Of a stretch of 64,000 bases of DNA, positions 1-9,194 are shown piece after piece (positions within the stretch are counted from its first letter, which is position 1; every line of letters begins with the position of its first letter). Source of the stretch: Candidatus Moraniibacteriota bacterium (lineage in GTDB: Bacteria; Patescibacteriota; Minisyncoccia; Moranbacterales; GCA-2747515); contig JAXGYI010000001.1 of the NCBI GenBank assembly GCA_040772365.1, positions 5,416 to 69,415 of the forward strand. Direction: 5' to 3'. The notes below the pieces were generated by a model. That model searched no databases. It worked only from the letters and a program-made list of their open reading frames with translations, and was not told the DNA's origin. The position numbers and the translations under genes are program-made.

Positions 1-263
1 AATTTACGTGAACTGATCACGATCTGAATTTGAAAATCCAAAGAGTTGAGAAAATTTTGATACGCACCGATAATCGCCCGCTGCTCATCGGAGGATTTAA
101 GATCAAAGTTCACCGTTGATACAAGTAAAACGGATCGTAATGTGCCGTTTTTCAAGACCACAACACCATCCTTGATTGTCTTAATATCTACATATCGCAG
201 TGTACTATTCCCAACTGATGCTTCTTTTTGTTTTTTTGATGATGAAAAAATACTCATAATATT
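1..263 (-). CDS. Partial CDS (N-terminal 87 aa, runs off the window edge); putative VirB4/TraC-like conjugative ATPase N-terminus. Its ATG lies 1 nt after the PrgI stop.
   Basis: Reverse-strand translation from the ATG at 263-261 reads MSIFSSSKKQKEASVGNSTLRYVDIKTIKDGVVVLKNGTLRSV... with no stop before the window edge. Tight coupling to the PrgI-like gene. Gram-positive T4SS gene order is PrgI(VirB3-like) then PrgJ(VirB4). Confidence 0.3.
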
Positions 264-264
264 A

Positions 265-711
265 TTATTTTTGTTTTGCGCGTTCACGAATAATTTTTTG
301 GATACGATCATTACGTTCTGCTCCACGTGTATCCAATGTTGCTGCAATAGCCACAACATCCTCTACAGCTAATTGTCGTTTTTCTTTTTTTTGAGATCTC
401 TGCTTCTGCTCAATTGTTTTCTTTGGTGGTTTGACAATCTCATTTTGCCATGTGTATACCTTGGGACGGAAAAGGTATGTGAATCCATAACCAATAAATG
501 TAATCAATGACACACCATTTGGTCGATAAAATGCCAACATAAATGTAGCAATTGCAGTCGGCACAGCGATAATATAAAACGTTACTGTATCTACGAGATT
601 CCACAATATAGCCAGGATTGTTCCACCTGCAAAGAACCAACCGATATGTTTCCATGTGAGCGGCCCCGCAATTTTATCTTCCACATCAATATACTGCGGT
701 ACAATCTGCAT
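265..711 (-). CDS. PrgI-family (VirB3-like) type IV secretion system membrane protein
   Basis: 148 aa. N-terminal motif VPQYIDVEDKIAGPLTWKHIGWFFAGG, two TM helices and a basic C-terminal tail match the PrgI family architecture as I recall it. Confidence 0.5.
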   Translation of the reverse strand: MQIVPQYIDVEDKIAGPLTWKHIGWFFAGGTILAILWNLVDTVTFYIIAVPTAIATFMLAFYRPNGVSLITFIGYGFTYLFRPKVYTWQNEIVKPPKKTIEQKQRSQKKEKRQLAVEDVVAIAATLDTRGAERNDRIQKIIRERAKQK

Positions 712-844
712 ATAACATTTTATATTACTGACTTCGTGTGTATTTTATCACCAATCACGTAAAATACAAAGTCTCTGGAATACTTCCGTGTATTGTACAG
801 TACATCATGATTTAAAAACTTCATGAAATACCTCACGGACCTTC

Positions 845-2245
845 TTAACCCCTCTCAGAATTTGGCGCGAGATACTTTTTCGTTGATTGTAGTGTGTGTT
901 TTTTCTTACGCTCAATTGGTAAATTATGATTTGAGCTGAAAGAAATCACACCTTGCACCACAGCATCCTCCTGCACAACAGGTAAACGATCTGGCGCATG
1001 CACTGTCGTCGGAACCATTGCGCCGTAACCACTTTGTAGTGCCATGGCACGTGGTGCCTCTAAACCCTTTTGAGGTGCTGCTGGGAGGCGTGACGGTTGC
1101 TGTGTGCGACTCTGTGGCGGAGTCATACCCCGCGAGATTTTCTGTGACACCTGCTGCGTCTGTGATGATGCTTTTTTCCGTGGTGCACTCTGCGATGTTA
1201 TCACAGAATTCGACACTTCTTTTTCTGTAGTGGTATGCGTCACCGGCGTTTGTCCCCACTGTGGGCGGTCTTCCGCAGGTTTCTGCAATCCACGACCATT
1301 CATGTCTCGTCGCTGTGGCACAAATCCTCCCGATGATCGCACACTTTGCACAGCATTACGGATCGTATATTGCGTCACATCATGAGGAAAGGCTGTGTTG
1401 CGACGCACCATACCCTCACGATCCTGAACAGTGCGTGGTGTAGTACCATTAATTGACTCTTCTGCAAAAGATACTGTACTCGCACGATCTGCATCACGCT
1501 CATTATCTACATCATCCTGGGGCTGTACATCAAAAACGAGTGAGCGCTGATCACGATCAATTGTTAGTGGCATGTCTTCATCACGCGATTTGAGGAGTAG
1601 TGCTAACTTTCGTCGATCATCCTGCGATAATCCTCGCGTCGGCTCTGCACGAAAAACAAAATTTCCACGCTCAAGAGCTGTATGCTTACTCGCGCCAAGA
1701 ACTTTCTCGTACACCATAATCCAATTTTTTACGCTTGGCTTGAGTGGTTGTGGCAGTGATCGCATCACGATTTGCACACTCGTTACCACCTGATCCTTAA
1801 TTGCAGGGTATTGTCGCAATGCCTGCTCCAGTGGTAGTGATACGAGGTGACGTCGTAGTTGTTGCGGTTCATCATCCTCTTCTTCATCGCGCTGCGGCGC
1901 GGGTGTGATGTTTACCATTTCCCGCAACATACGCAACCCCTCCTGCGGCGGAATCCCACACACCTGCGCGATGTGTTGCACAAACGCATCCTCCGACACT
2001 TCGCGAAAAAAATATCTACGCACACTACGGGAAAACTCCTCCGTCTGTGCGTCATTGAGGTGATATTTTTGTTCAATGGTGAAAATGTATTTGGTAATTT
2101 CCCGTGATTTGAGGATCTCCTGAATACGCTGTGGAAATGTGCGAAAAACTTTCCATAGATGAATATTCTTTTCCGAAAAAAAGTCCTCCTGGTTTACACC
2201 GGCAAGCATGGGAAAATATTTCTCTTTCTCATCAAAAATGTCCAT
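845..2245 (-). CDS. Hypothetical protein in the T4SS-like cluster (466 aa), with a C-terminal low-complexity Q/P/T/S-rich region
   Basis: Long ORF on the same strand, tightly packed between the PrgI-like and TrbL-like genes. No motif recognised. Confidence 0.5.
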   Translation of the reverse strand: MDIFDEKEKYFPMLAGVNQEDFFSEKNIHLWKVFRTFPQRIQEILKSREITKYIFTIEQKYHLNDAQTEEFSRSVRRYFFREVSEDAFVQHIAQVCGIPPQEGLRMLREMVNITPAPQRDEEEDDEPQQLRRHLVSLPLEQALRQYPAIKDQVVTSVQIVMRSLPQPLKPSVKNWIMVYEKVLGASKHTALERGNFVFRAEPTRGLSQDDRRKLALLLKSRDEDMPLTIDRDQRSLVFDVQPQDDVDNERDADRASTVSFAEESINGTTPRTVQDREGMVRRNTAFPHDVTQYTIRNAVQSVRSSGGFVPQRRDMNGRGLQKPAEDRPQWGQTPVTHTTTEKEVSNSVITSQSAPRKKASSQTQQVSQKISRGMTPPQSRTQQPSRLPAAPQKGLEAPRAMALQSGYGAMVPTTVHAPDRLPVVQEDAVVQGVISFSSNHNLPIERKKKHTLQSTKKYLAPNSERG

Positions 2246-2250
2246 AGGTC

Positions 2251-4176
2251 TTATGAATTCATTTCACGCATTGTCTTCCTTGCTTCTCTGGCAGCTATTC
2301 TACTACCACCTTTCTCAAATGCAACTTGCTCATCAGTATTCATGGCATCCATAAAATCCTGCTGACTTCGCGCACTCCTGAGATTCTGATATCGATCATA
2401 AACGAAGTTAAAATCGTCTCGATATTGCGGATTTTCTTCGGCGCCATATTCCTTGATCGCCTTTTGTTTTGCAAGAGTTTTCACTTCCATCTTACCATAC
2501 ACATTTTTCAGTGCCTGCTGCCGTATCTCCGCAGAACTCAAGCTTACCTGACCCATTCTTGCCTTTTCTGCTTCCTTTTTTGTAATCTCACTCACCTCTA
2601 GTTGTACGACATTGTGTCCATAACCACTTTCGCGCATCTTCCTCTTTACAGCCTTTTGTGTTTCAGTATCAAGTTTATCAAATGTTTTGATAAGTTCATC
2701 AACCTCCTCATTTAATAAGTCCACCCTCTTTTCCGAGAGGACCTGTGCTTTTGCCTCACTACCAATATCCGTTGCTGTATTAATTGGCGCTTCCCGCATT
2801 TTCTTCTTTTCTTCTTCAATTTTCTTACCCTTGCTCCTCTCCAGCGCCTTTTTATCACCACCCGCCCACTCTGGACCTATTGAAACACCACGTGCAATAG
2901 ACTCATCTATAGTTGATTGATATTGCCTTGCAGACTCATCCTTGAAATTCCTTGCACGCGTCGGTAAACTACGTAAAACAGACATACCCTTTGCAACCCT
3001 TCTATCTAATGCACTATTTTCATTATTCGCCATATAATTAACCCCAGATCCAACAAGGCGATCCGTTGCCCTCCATCCCAAAACGGCACCTCCCTTACCA
3101 AGTCTCTGAACCCTATTCCTCGCCTTACCTGCCATATTTAATGCAAAACCCGTGCCTTCCGCACCAACTTTTTGCGCAGCAATAATCGCCCCCCACATCA
3201 CAAGAATAGCAATTAAATACTGCAACAATGTAAAAACAATATTAGAAGACACGCTATTCTCACCGGACACTGTTTTTGCTGCACCCCAAATTTGCATCTG
3301 CCCCAACTCATCCAAGATGGATATGGCTAATATAATGGCAAATAATGTAATAGGACCCACAAGTAGCTGCTTTGTAAAACCACTCCACCATTGAGAGGAA
3401 TACGACTGTGTTGAGGGAAATGCTGCCATGACATAACCAGCGGACGCAAAGATGAGATAGATTGTTAACGCCACAACACGCACAATTAAAACCATTGCAA
3501 TTGTACCAATGGTTAAGAGGAAGATGATGCCGACAATAATCCCCATGATCAGTGATTGATAGACACCCTCTTTATTCATTTGAAGTTTATGTCCTTTGAA
3601 ATAAGCATCTCCGATAACCAGTTTTGCAAATTGCGTCCTATCGGCAAATTTTCCCATAATACCACTCCCTGTCACACCACCACTTCCACTATTACCACTC
3701 CCATGAAGAATATACGTCATGGTAACGTTGGATACATCCACCAAGACGCGCGTGATTGGCCATGAGAAATTCACCAAAAGTGCCATCACAATAATCATCA
3801 CCCACGTATTGCGAATATGATAGCGCGAAATTTGAAAAACCGTGCAAAATGCGGAGTAGAGAAGGAAAAAGATAAAAAACATATTCAAAATATCCCGCAC
3901 TGTCTTCCATCCGGTATATACCGCACGATTATTCAAAATATCCATAACCTGCGGTTTCAATGTTAAATCAATCAGTGAAACAGCTAGAGAAATCAGCCAT
4001 CCTATAAGCCCAATAATTGCCAAAAATAGATTACCGACAAAATCTTCAATACCTAATGCTCCGCCGCCGGTAGCCTTTGGGTCTCCAGATCCAATATTTG
4101 CCTGCGCATAGGAAACCTGTACACACAAAAAGACTTGTGTAATAATTAATAGGATAAAAATTATTCTTTTACTCAT
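2251..4176 (-). CDS. Putative TrbL/VirB6-like polytopic membrane protein (641 aa)
   Basis: N-terminal signal peptide (MSKRIIFILLIITQVFLCVQVSYAQA), multiple hydrophobic helices, and a C-terminal E/K-rich hydrophilic domain. Located next to the PrgI-like gene. Confidence 0.45.
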   Translation of the reverse strand: MSKRIIFILLIITQVFLCVQVSYAQANIGSGDPKATGGGALGIEDFVGNLFLAIIGLIGWLISLAVSLIDLTLKPQVMDILNNRAVYTGWKTVRDILNMFFIFFLLYSAFCTVFQISRYHIRNTWVMIIVMALLVNFSWPITRVLVDVSNVTMTYILHGSGNSGSGGVTGSGIMGKFADRTQFAKLVIGDAYFKGHKLQMNKEGVYQSLIMGIIVGIIFLLTIGTIAMVLIVRVVALTIYLIFASAGYVMAAFPSTQSYSSQWWSGFTKQLLVGPITLFAIILAISILDELGQMQIWGAAKTVSGENSVSSNIVFTLLQYLIAILVMWGAIIAAQKVGAEGTGFALNMAGKARNRVQRLGKGGAVLGWRATDRLVGSGVNYMANNENSALDRRVAKGMSVLRSLPTRARNFKDESARQYQSTIDESIARGVSIGPEWAGGDKKALERSKGKKIEEEKKKMREAPINTATDIGSEAKAQVLSEKRVDLLNEEVDELIKTFDKLDTETQKAVKRKMRESGYGHNVVQLEVSEITKKEAEKARMGQVSLSSAEIRQQALKNVYGKMEVKTLAKQKAIKEYGAEENPQYRDDFNFVYDRYQNLRSARSQQDFMDAMNTDEQVAFEKGGSRIAAREARKTMREMNS

Positions 4177-4269
4177 ATTTAATATTATTCCCCACCCATG
4201 AAAATATTATAACATAAAATATCCCATTGGAGAAAATTTCTCCAATGGGATATGTAAAAAACAGTATTT

Positions 4270-4752
4270 TTACATTGCCATTATCTTACCACCAGCACCA
4301 TAGTTATTGGCGATATTCCTATAATCCCTCAACTCCGCTTCATATTTTTTTCGCCCCTCCTCATCACCAACATGGTAACATTCCAGTCCATATTGATCGG
4401 AGTTGTGTGAGTCTAACTTAAAAACAGTTCCCTCCTTAATCGGTATAATAATGAGAGCGCAAACCATATCTCCCTCTTTTTGTGACTGAATCCCATACCT
4501 CATAACAATCCAGTGGATATTTTGCTTATACGTGTAAGCTTCGATATTGGATTCCGTAATTTCAGCATCCACCCCAAGATCCTTAAGTAAACCAATAATA
4601 AAAGGATCACTTATCGCCCTAAGTCGATCATCATCATTTACAATCTTCTCATCTGAAGATATTGATGATGGTTCTTTTCCTCCACCAGCACACCCCAAAA
4701 AAAATAGAGGTGCTAAAACTGCCATTACTAAAAAAGTAATATTCTTTTTCAT
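4270..4752 (-). CDS. Lipoprotein (160 aa) with a lipobox; start placed at the internal Met
   Basis: MKKNITFLVMAVLAPLFFLGCAGG is a signal peptide plus LGC lipobox. A GGAGGGGAT RBS sits just upstream of ATG 4752. The longer ORF-track start (4905) lacks these signals. Confidence 0.6.
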   Translation of the reverse strand: MKKNITFLVMAVLAPLFFLGCAGGGKEPSSISSDEKIVNDDDRLRAISDPFIIGLLKDLGVDAEITESNIEAYTYKQNIHWIVMRYGIQSQKEGDMVCALIIIPIKEGTVFKLDSHNSDQYGLECYHVGDEEGRKKYEAELRDYRNIANNYGAGGKIMAM

Positions 4753-5487
4753 AATATCCCCTCCCAAGATTTCATGAAAGAAAAAATCCCATATCGCGCC
4801 ACAAATACATATTCTTGTATTTTTAAGGGACGGCTGGGATCTGTTTATCCCGTAAAAACCACCAACTACGTTTTCTGTGACTTTTACGGAAATTACAGAT
4901 ATCAAGCGATTATAGCATTATTTTCATTTTCTGTCAATAGTTTTCCGTATTAAAATATTAAGTGGAGATATTGCATATTCAGTTAGCGCTAATAACAGTA
5001 TACCGCATAGCAACCACCTCTGTAAATAGTAGTGTAATGTAAATTCGTGAAATGTGAGTAGGTTATATATCATATAAAATACCTAATGAGGGTATTAGTA
5101 TATATTTATATAAATCTATTATTAGTTACTAGTATTGTGGATAAGTAGATAAGTGAGGAAAGTCCCTAAAGAATCACGTTTTAGTGTTACTAGGAGATGT
5201 TAGTGAATACGGAGTGCGTTGTGGGGAAAACCTAGGGAATTCTTAGGTTAGTTATTTACCCACATATCACACTGAGAATATATTCTGTTATACAGTGATT
5301 GTCGCGTGGTTATACCAAGAATGCTGTATACTTATAAACAGGTTATGTGGATAAAGTATAGATGTGTGGATAAGTTGTGAGTGTGTATATAGTTTTTTAA
5401 TTTAAATCGAGGTGAGTAGATGAAGATCAGTAAAATATTGATCTTTGTGAAATTTTATGTTATGATTGGCATTTATTAGCTTGTAGT

Positions 5488-6453
5488 ATGGCAGAAGAGT
5501 TTTTTGTGGAAAATATGGACATCGGTATGCGTGTAGATCGCTTTTTGGCGCAAAAATATACAAATCTTACACGAGGGGAAATTGCGCGAATGTTGCGTTC
5601 AGGACATATCGTTGTAGATGGGGCACAAGCTAAGCCGAGTTTCGTGTTGCGTGGTGGTGAGCATATTTTTATGAGCGAGAGAAGGGAGAAGGTAGAATCT
5701 GTTATACCAAACCACGGTCTTTCTATATGTATTGTGGAGGATATGCGTGATTTTCTTGTGGTTGATAAGGCGCGTGGCATACAGGTACACCCAAGTCATC
5801 GTGAAAAAGAAAACACACTTGTCAATGCTCTTGTGGCACGTTATCCACACATTACCACTGTTGGTGATGATATAATGCGTCCAGGCATTGTGCATCGTTT
5901 GGATAAGGATACAACAGGATTGATGGTGGTGGCGAAATCACAGCGCGCGTTTATGGCGCTTAAAAAAGCATTTCAGGAAAAACGCGTGTACAAGGTGTAT
6001 CATGCTTTGGTGTGGGGTAATGTGAGAGGGGATGAGGGTGTAGTGGATGCGCCAATTGCACGTGCCACGTCATATACTAAACAAAAAATCGCCTTCGGAA
6101 AATATGTTGGGGATGCTAAGGATGCAAGAACGCGCTACCGTGTAGTGGCGCGTTATGATGTGTGTGGTGGTGAGGTGTCGTTAGTGGAATTATATCCCGA
6201 GACGGGTCGCATGCATCAAATTCGCGTGCATATGGCGCACATTGGGCATCCCCTTGTGTGTGATGTGCGTTACTATCGCAAAACAGAACAGAGATTACCC
6301 ATACCACTGCCAAAAACATGTGATCCATCTACATTTTATCTGCATGCCAAGGAGTTAAATTTTACACTTTTCGATAAAAAATATCATTTTACATCAGAAT
6401 ATCCAGAGAGATTTCACTGTGCAGTTGATTTTTTGAAGAAAGGTAATATATGA
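5488..6453 (+). CDS. rluD: RluA-family 23S rRNA pseudouridine synthase (RluD-like) with an S4 domain
   Basis: N-terminal S4-like region; catalytic motif HRLDKDTTGLMVVAKS; 321 aa. Confidence 0.85.
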   Translation: MAEEFFVENMDIGMRVDRFLAQKYTNLTRGEIARMLRSGHIVVDGAQAKPSFVLRGGEHIFMSERREKVESVIPNHGLSICIVEDMRDFLVVDKARGIQVHPSHREKENTLVNALVARYPHITTVGDDIMRPGIVHRLDKDTTGLMVVAKSQRAFMALKKAFQEKRVYKVYHALVWGNVRGDEGVVDAPIARATSYTKQKIAFGKYVGDAKDARTRYRVVARYDVCGGEVSLVELYPETGRMHQIRVHMAHIGHPLVCDVRYYRKTEQRLPIPLPKTCDPSTFYLHAKELNFTLFDKKYHFTSEYPERFHCAVDFLKKGNI

Positions 6454-6462
6454 TAATGGATT

Positions 6463-6864
6463 ATGGGAAGAAAAAATAGTAATCATGAGATGTATGAGGT
6501 AAAGCGATCGTATACTGGACTAGGGCTTTTTGCAGCGCGTAATATTGCACGTGGTGAGTGGATTATTGAATACACGGGTGAGCACATCACACATGATGAG
6601 GCGAATCGTCGTGGTGGGCGATACCTTTTTACATTAAACAGTGACATCGTTGTGGATGGTAAGGGGCGTGATAATGTAGCACGTTATATTAACCATGCCT
6701 GTATACCAAATGCAGAGGCGGTAATTGAGGATGATGCGCATATTATGATCTATGCCATTGCGGATATTGCTACTGGTACAGAGATTACCTATGACTATGG
6801 ATCGGAATATGTGGAGGAATTTATCACAGGAAAATGTCGATGTATACAGTGTTTGCGTAAGTAA
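6463..6864 (+). CDS. SET-domain protein (putative protein lysine methyltransferase), 133 aa
   Basis: Motifs GLGLFA, RYINHACIPN, EITYDY and C-terminal CRCIQC (post-SET) are typical of a minimal SET domain. Confidence 0.7.
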   Translation: MGRKNSNHEMYEVKRSYTGLGLFAARNIARGEWIIEYTGEHITHDEANRRGGRYLFTLNSDIVVDGKGRDNVARYINHACIPNAEAVIEDDAHIMIYAIADIATGTEITYDYGSEYVEEFITGKCRCIQCLRK

Positions 6865-6892
6865 AATATGTAGTAAAGGTATAGAGGATAAT

Positions 6893-6924
6893 AAAAAACC
6901 CTCACCAGTAGTGAGGGTTTTTTA
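6893..6924. terminator. Bidirectional Rho-independent terminator between the SET gene and the tRNA cluster
   Basis: AAAAAACCCTCAC-cagtag-GTGAGGGTTTTTT: a GC-rich stem flanked by an A-run and a T-run. Confidence 0.7.
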
Positions 6925-6932
6925 TAATACTG

Positions 6933-7007
6933 TGAGCGAGTGAGCGGAATCGAACCGCCATTTCTACCTTGGCAAGGTAATGTAATAACCATTATACGAC
7001 ACTCGCT
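6933..7007 (-). tRNA. tRNA-Gly (anticodon GCC)
   Basis: Reverse complement folds as a cloverleaf with acceptor AGCGAGT/ACTCGCT, anticodon loop TTGCCAA and T-loop TTCGATT. Confidence 0.8.
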
Positions 7008-7030
7008 TTTACTAACAGGGTGTTCTGCTG

Positions 7031-7102
7031 TGGGACTAGCAGGGTTCGAACCTGCGACCAAGCGGTTATGAGCCGCGCGCTCTACCTCTGAGCTATAGTC
7101 CC
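7031..7102 (-). tRNA. tRNA-Met, elongator type (CAT; could instead be tRNA-Ile2 read by lysidine)
   Basis: GGGACTATAGCTCAGAGGTAGAGC...CTCATAA...TTCGAAC...TAGTCCCA. Base pair 1-72 is G-C, so it is not an initiator. CCA is not encoded. Confidence 0.8.
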
Positions 7103-7172
7103 AGGCGCTGTTGCTTGTGTCGCCACGCCACCATGTTATCCGATTTTTAGCACTGCGTCAATAAAATCATCA

Positions 7173-7247
7173 TGGTGCCGAGGGAGAGAATCGGACTCTC
7201 GACACAAGGATTTTCAGTCCTTTGCTCTACCACTGAGCTACCTCGGC
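7173..7247 (-). tRNA. tRNA-Phe (GAA), CCA encoded
   Basis: GCCGAGGTAGCTCAGTGGTAGAGC...anticodon loop CTGAAAA...TTCGATT...CCTCGGCACCA. Confidence 0.85.
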
Positions 7248-7282
7248 ATGACGTAAATATCATAGCACATCATAGTGTTTTG

Positions 7283-7356
7283 TGCACGCTGAGAGACTCG
7301 AACTCCCGGCCCTCTCGGTGTAAACGAGATGCTCTAACCAACTGAGCTAAGCGTGC
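7283..7356 (-). tRNA. tRNA-Val (TAC)
   Basis: GCACGCTTAGCTCAGTTGGTTAGAGC, anticodon loop TTTACAC, T-loop TTCGAGT, acceptor AGCGTGC. Confidence 0.85.
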
Positions 7357-7445
7357 AGTATAGATCCTATCCCATTATATACTGTTTTAAAGGTATGCGC
7401 CACATATAGTTTCTTTTGGAAAATCGTACTATCTGCATAGATCTG

Positions 7446-7530
7446 TGCCCAGGGCGGGACTTGAACCCGCACACCCCGTGAGAGGTCTAGGCCCTCAACC
7501 TAGTGCGTATACCAATTCCGCCACCTGGGC
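7446..7530 (-). tRNA. tRNA-Leu (GAG), class II with a long variable arm
   Basis: GCCCAGGTGGCGGAATTGGTA...anticodon stem-loop CTAGG-TTGAGGG-CCTAG, long variable arm, TTCAAGT T-loop. Confidence 0.8.
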
Positions 7531-7561
7531 ATCACATCCACAGCACAGTGCTGTGGGAGGG

Positions 7562-7984
7562 TTATACAACCTCCTCTTCTACTGGTGTCGCTGGAGGAGT
7601 TTTTTCTTTACTTGTAACAGCTGTGTCTTCTACTGCGGGAACATCAGCATATTTAAAACGTAAAGCCTTGTTTGCTTTTTCGCGGACATAATACAGCTTA
7701 GACTTTCGCACATGTGCACGTTTGACAATCTCAATTTTATCAATATTTGGAGAGAAGATTGGGACAATGATTTCCACACCCACGTCATTAGACACTTTTC
7801 GTACAGTCACAGTTGGTGAGCTACTTTGGCGTCCCTTTACAGCAATAATCATTCCTTCAAAAATTTGTATACGTTCCTTCTCTCCTTCTCTAATCTTTCG
7901 ATGGATCTTCACGATATCACCAGCGCGTAGATCGATGGTCGTTTGCCGTTGTGATGTATTAAATGTGATGACTTCGTTATGCAT
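7562..7984 (-). CDS. rplS: 50S ribosomal protein L19 with a C-terminal acidic/Pro-rich extension
   Basis: Core IDKIEIVKRAHVRKSKLYYVR and GDIVKIH-like motifs are characteristic of L19; 140 aa. Confidence 0.85.
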   Translation of the reverse strand: MHNEVITFNTSQRQTTIDLRAGDIVKIHRKIREGEKERIQIFEGMIIAVKGRQSSSPTVTVRKVSNDVGVEIIVPIFSPNIDKIEIVKRAHVRKSKLYYVREKANKALRFKYADVPAVEDTAVTSKEKTPPATPVEEEVV

Positions 7985-8259
7985 AGCAGTTACGTTAATT
8001 TATGGGATAAGACCTTCTCAGGGGAAGTACAAGATTGTGAAACACGGGATCATAAAGTAGAAAAACTGCCTTTGTGGCAGCTATATGCATGCCCTCATTT
8101 TTCAAACCTGTTGTTTATGATAGAATAGGATGACGTTTTCGTCAATATCTTGCCAAGAGAAGGTTTTTGGTGTAGGCTGAGTAAGTAATTTAGTTATTTT
8201 TCTCGTGTAGAGCGGTTACATAAACATTGAGAACGGCTCTATGGCAGAAGTAAAAATGT

Positions 8260-8535
8260 ATGGTATTGACAACACGTCAAAAGAAGAACGCAACAAAGGA
8301 TGTTAAGCGACATGATAGCGATACGGGGTCACCAGAATATCAAATCGCTCTCTTTACTACCCGTATCAATAAACTTACAGCACATCTCAAAAAAAATAAG
8401 CAGGATTTTCATTCTCGTCGCGGACTACTCAAGATGGTAGCAAAGCGCAAGAAATTAATGGACTATCTCGCACGCACCGATCAGAAGGCACATAAAGCAG
8501 TTATAAAAAAACTTGGTTTGCGGGAGCGTAAATAA
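8260..8535 (+). CDS. rpsO: 30S ribosomal protein S15
   Basis: DTGSPEYQIALFTTRINKLTAHLKKNKQDFHSRRGLLKMVAKRKKLMDYL matches the S15 consensus. Confidence 0.9.
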   Translation: MVLTTRQKKNATKDVKRHDSDTGSPEYQIALFTTRINKLTAHLKKNKQDFHSRRGLLKMVAKRKKLMDYLARTDQKAHKAVIKKLGLRERK

Positions 8536-8582
8536 TACGCTCTTTTGCATTTATGTAGTACGGTAATAGAAAATATATTTTT

Positions 8583-9077
8583 ATGAAATATAAAGATCAG
8601 CGCGTGGCTGTTTTAGTGGATATTCAAAATCTCTACTACAGTGCACGTGTGCTCTATAGTAAAAAAGTCAACTTTAAAAATCTCCTAACAGCTGCAGTGG
8701 CGGATCGTAAATTAATTCGTGCAGTAGCTTACGGTATTTCTACAGAGGAGGCGCAGGAGGAGAAGTTTTTTGATGCCTTAGAAAAGGTGGGTTTTGAAGT
8801 AAAGGCAAAAGATTTGCAAATTTTTGCTGGTGGACAAAAAAAAGGTGATTGGGATGTCGGTATTGCAATTGATGCCGTAAAACTTGCAAAGACTGTAGAT
8901 GTAATCATTATTGCATCTGGTGATGGTGATTACGTACCACTTGTAGAATACATCCAAAATACAAATGGATGTCGCGTTGAGGGTATTGCTTTTGGCGAAT
9001 CTACAAGCACGCGACTTATTGAGTCGCTTGATGACTTCACTAATCTCTCAGATGATAAGCGGAAGTTTCTTATCTAG
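8583..9077 (+). CDS. NYN-domain (LabA/DUF88-like) protein, putative RNase
   Basis: VAVLVDIQNLYYSA ... IIIASGDGDYVPLV pattern of the NYN/LabA fold; 164 aa. Confidence 0.7.
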   Translation: MKYKDQRVAVLVDIQNLYYSARVLYSKKVNFKNLLTAAVADRKLIRAVAYGISTEEAQEEKFFDALEKVGFEVKAKDLQIFAGGQKKGDWDVGIAIDAVKLAKTVDVIIIASGDGDYVPLVEYIQNTNGCRVEGIAFGESTSTRLIESLDDFTNLSDDKRKFLI

Positions 9078-9157
9078 AGAAATTCGTTCACTGCTGTGAT
9101 GTAGCAGCTCAGTATAGTGATAGTTATCATGCTCTTTTAAGGACAAAGCGAAAAAGA

Positions 9158-9194
9158 AAAAACCACTCTTTTTATGTATTAGAGTGGTTTTTTC
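9158..9194 (+). terminator. Rho-independent terminator downstream of the NYN gene
   Basis: AACCACTCT-ttttatgtatt-AGAGTGGTTTTTTCT. Confidence 0.65.

Noticed and set aside
5150-5175. GAGGAAAGTCC motif resembling the RNase P RNA P4 or CR-I region
   Set aside because: Only the 9-11 nt core matches. The flanking sequence does not continue the RNase P consensus (CCGGGCTCC). No complementary 3' P4 strand or other conserved regions (GNRA loops, CR-V ACAGAA) were found within 400 nt on either strand. Most likely a chance match inside the DnaA-box/AT-rich region.
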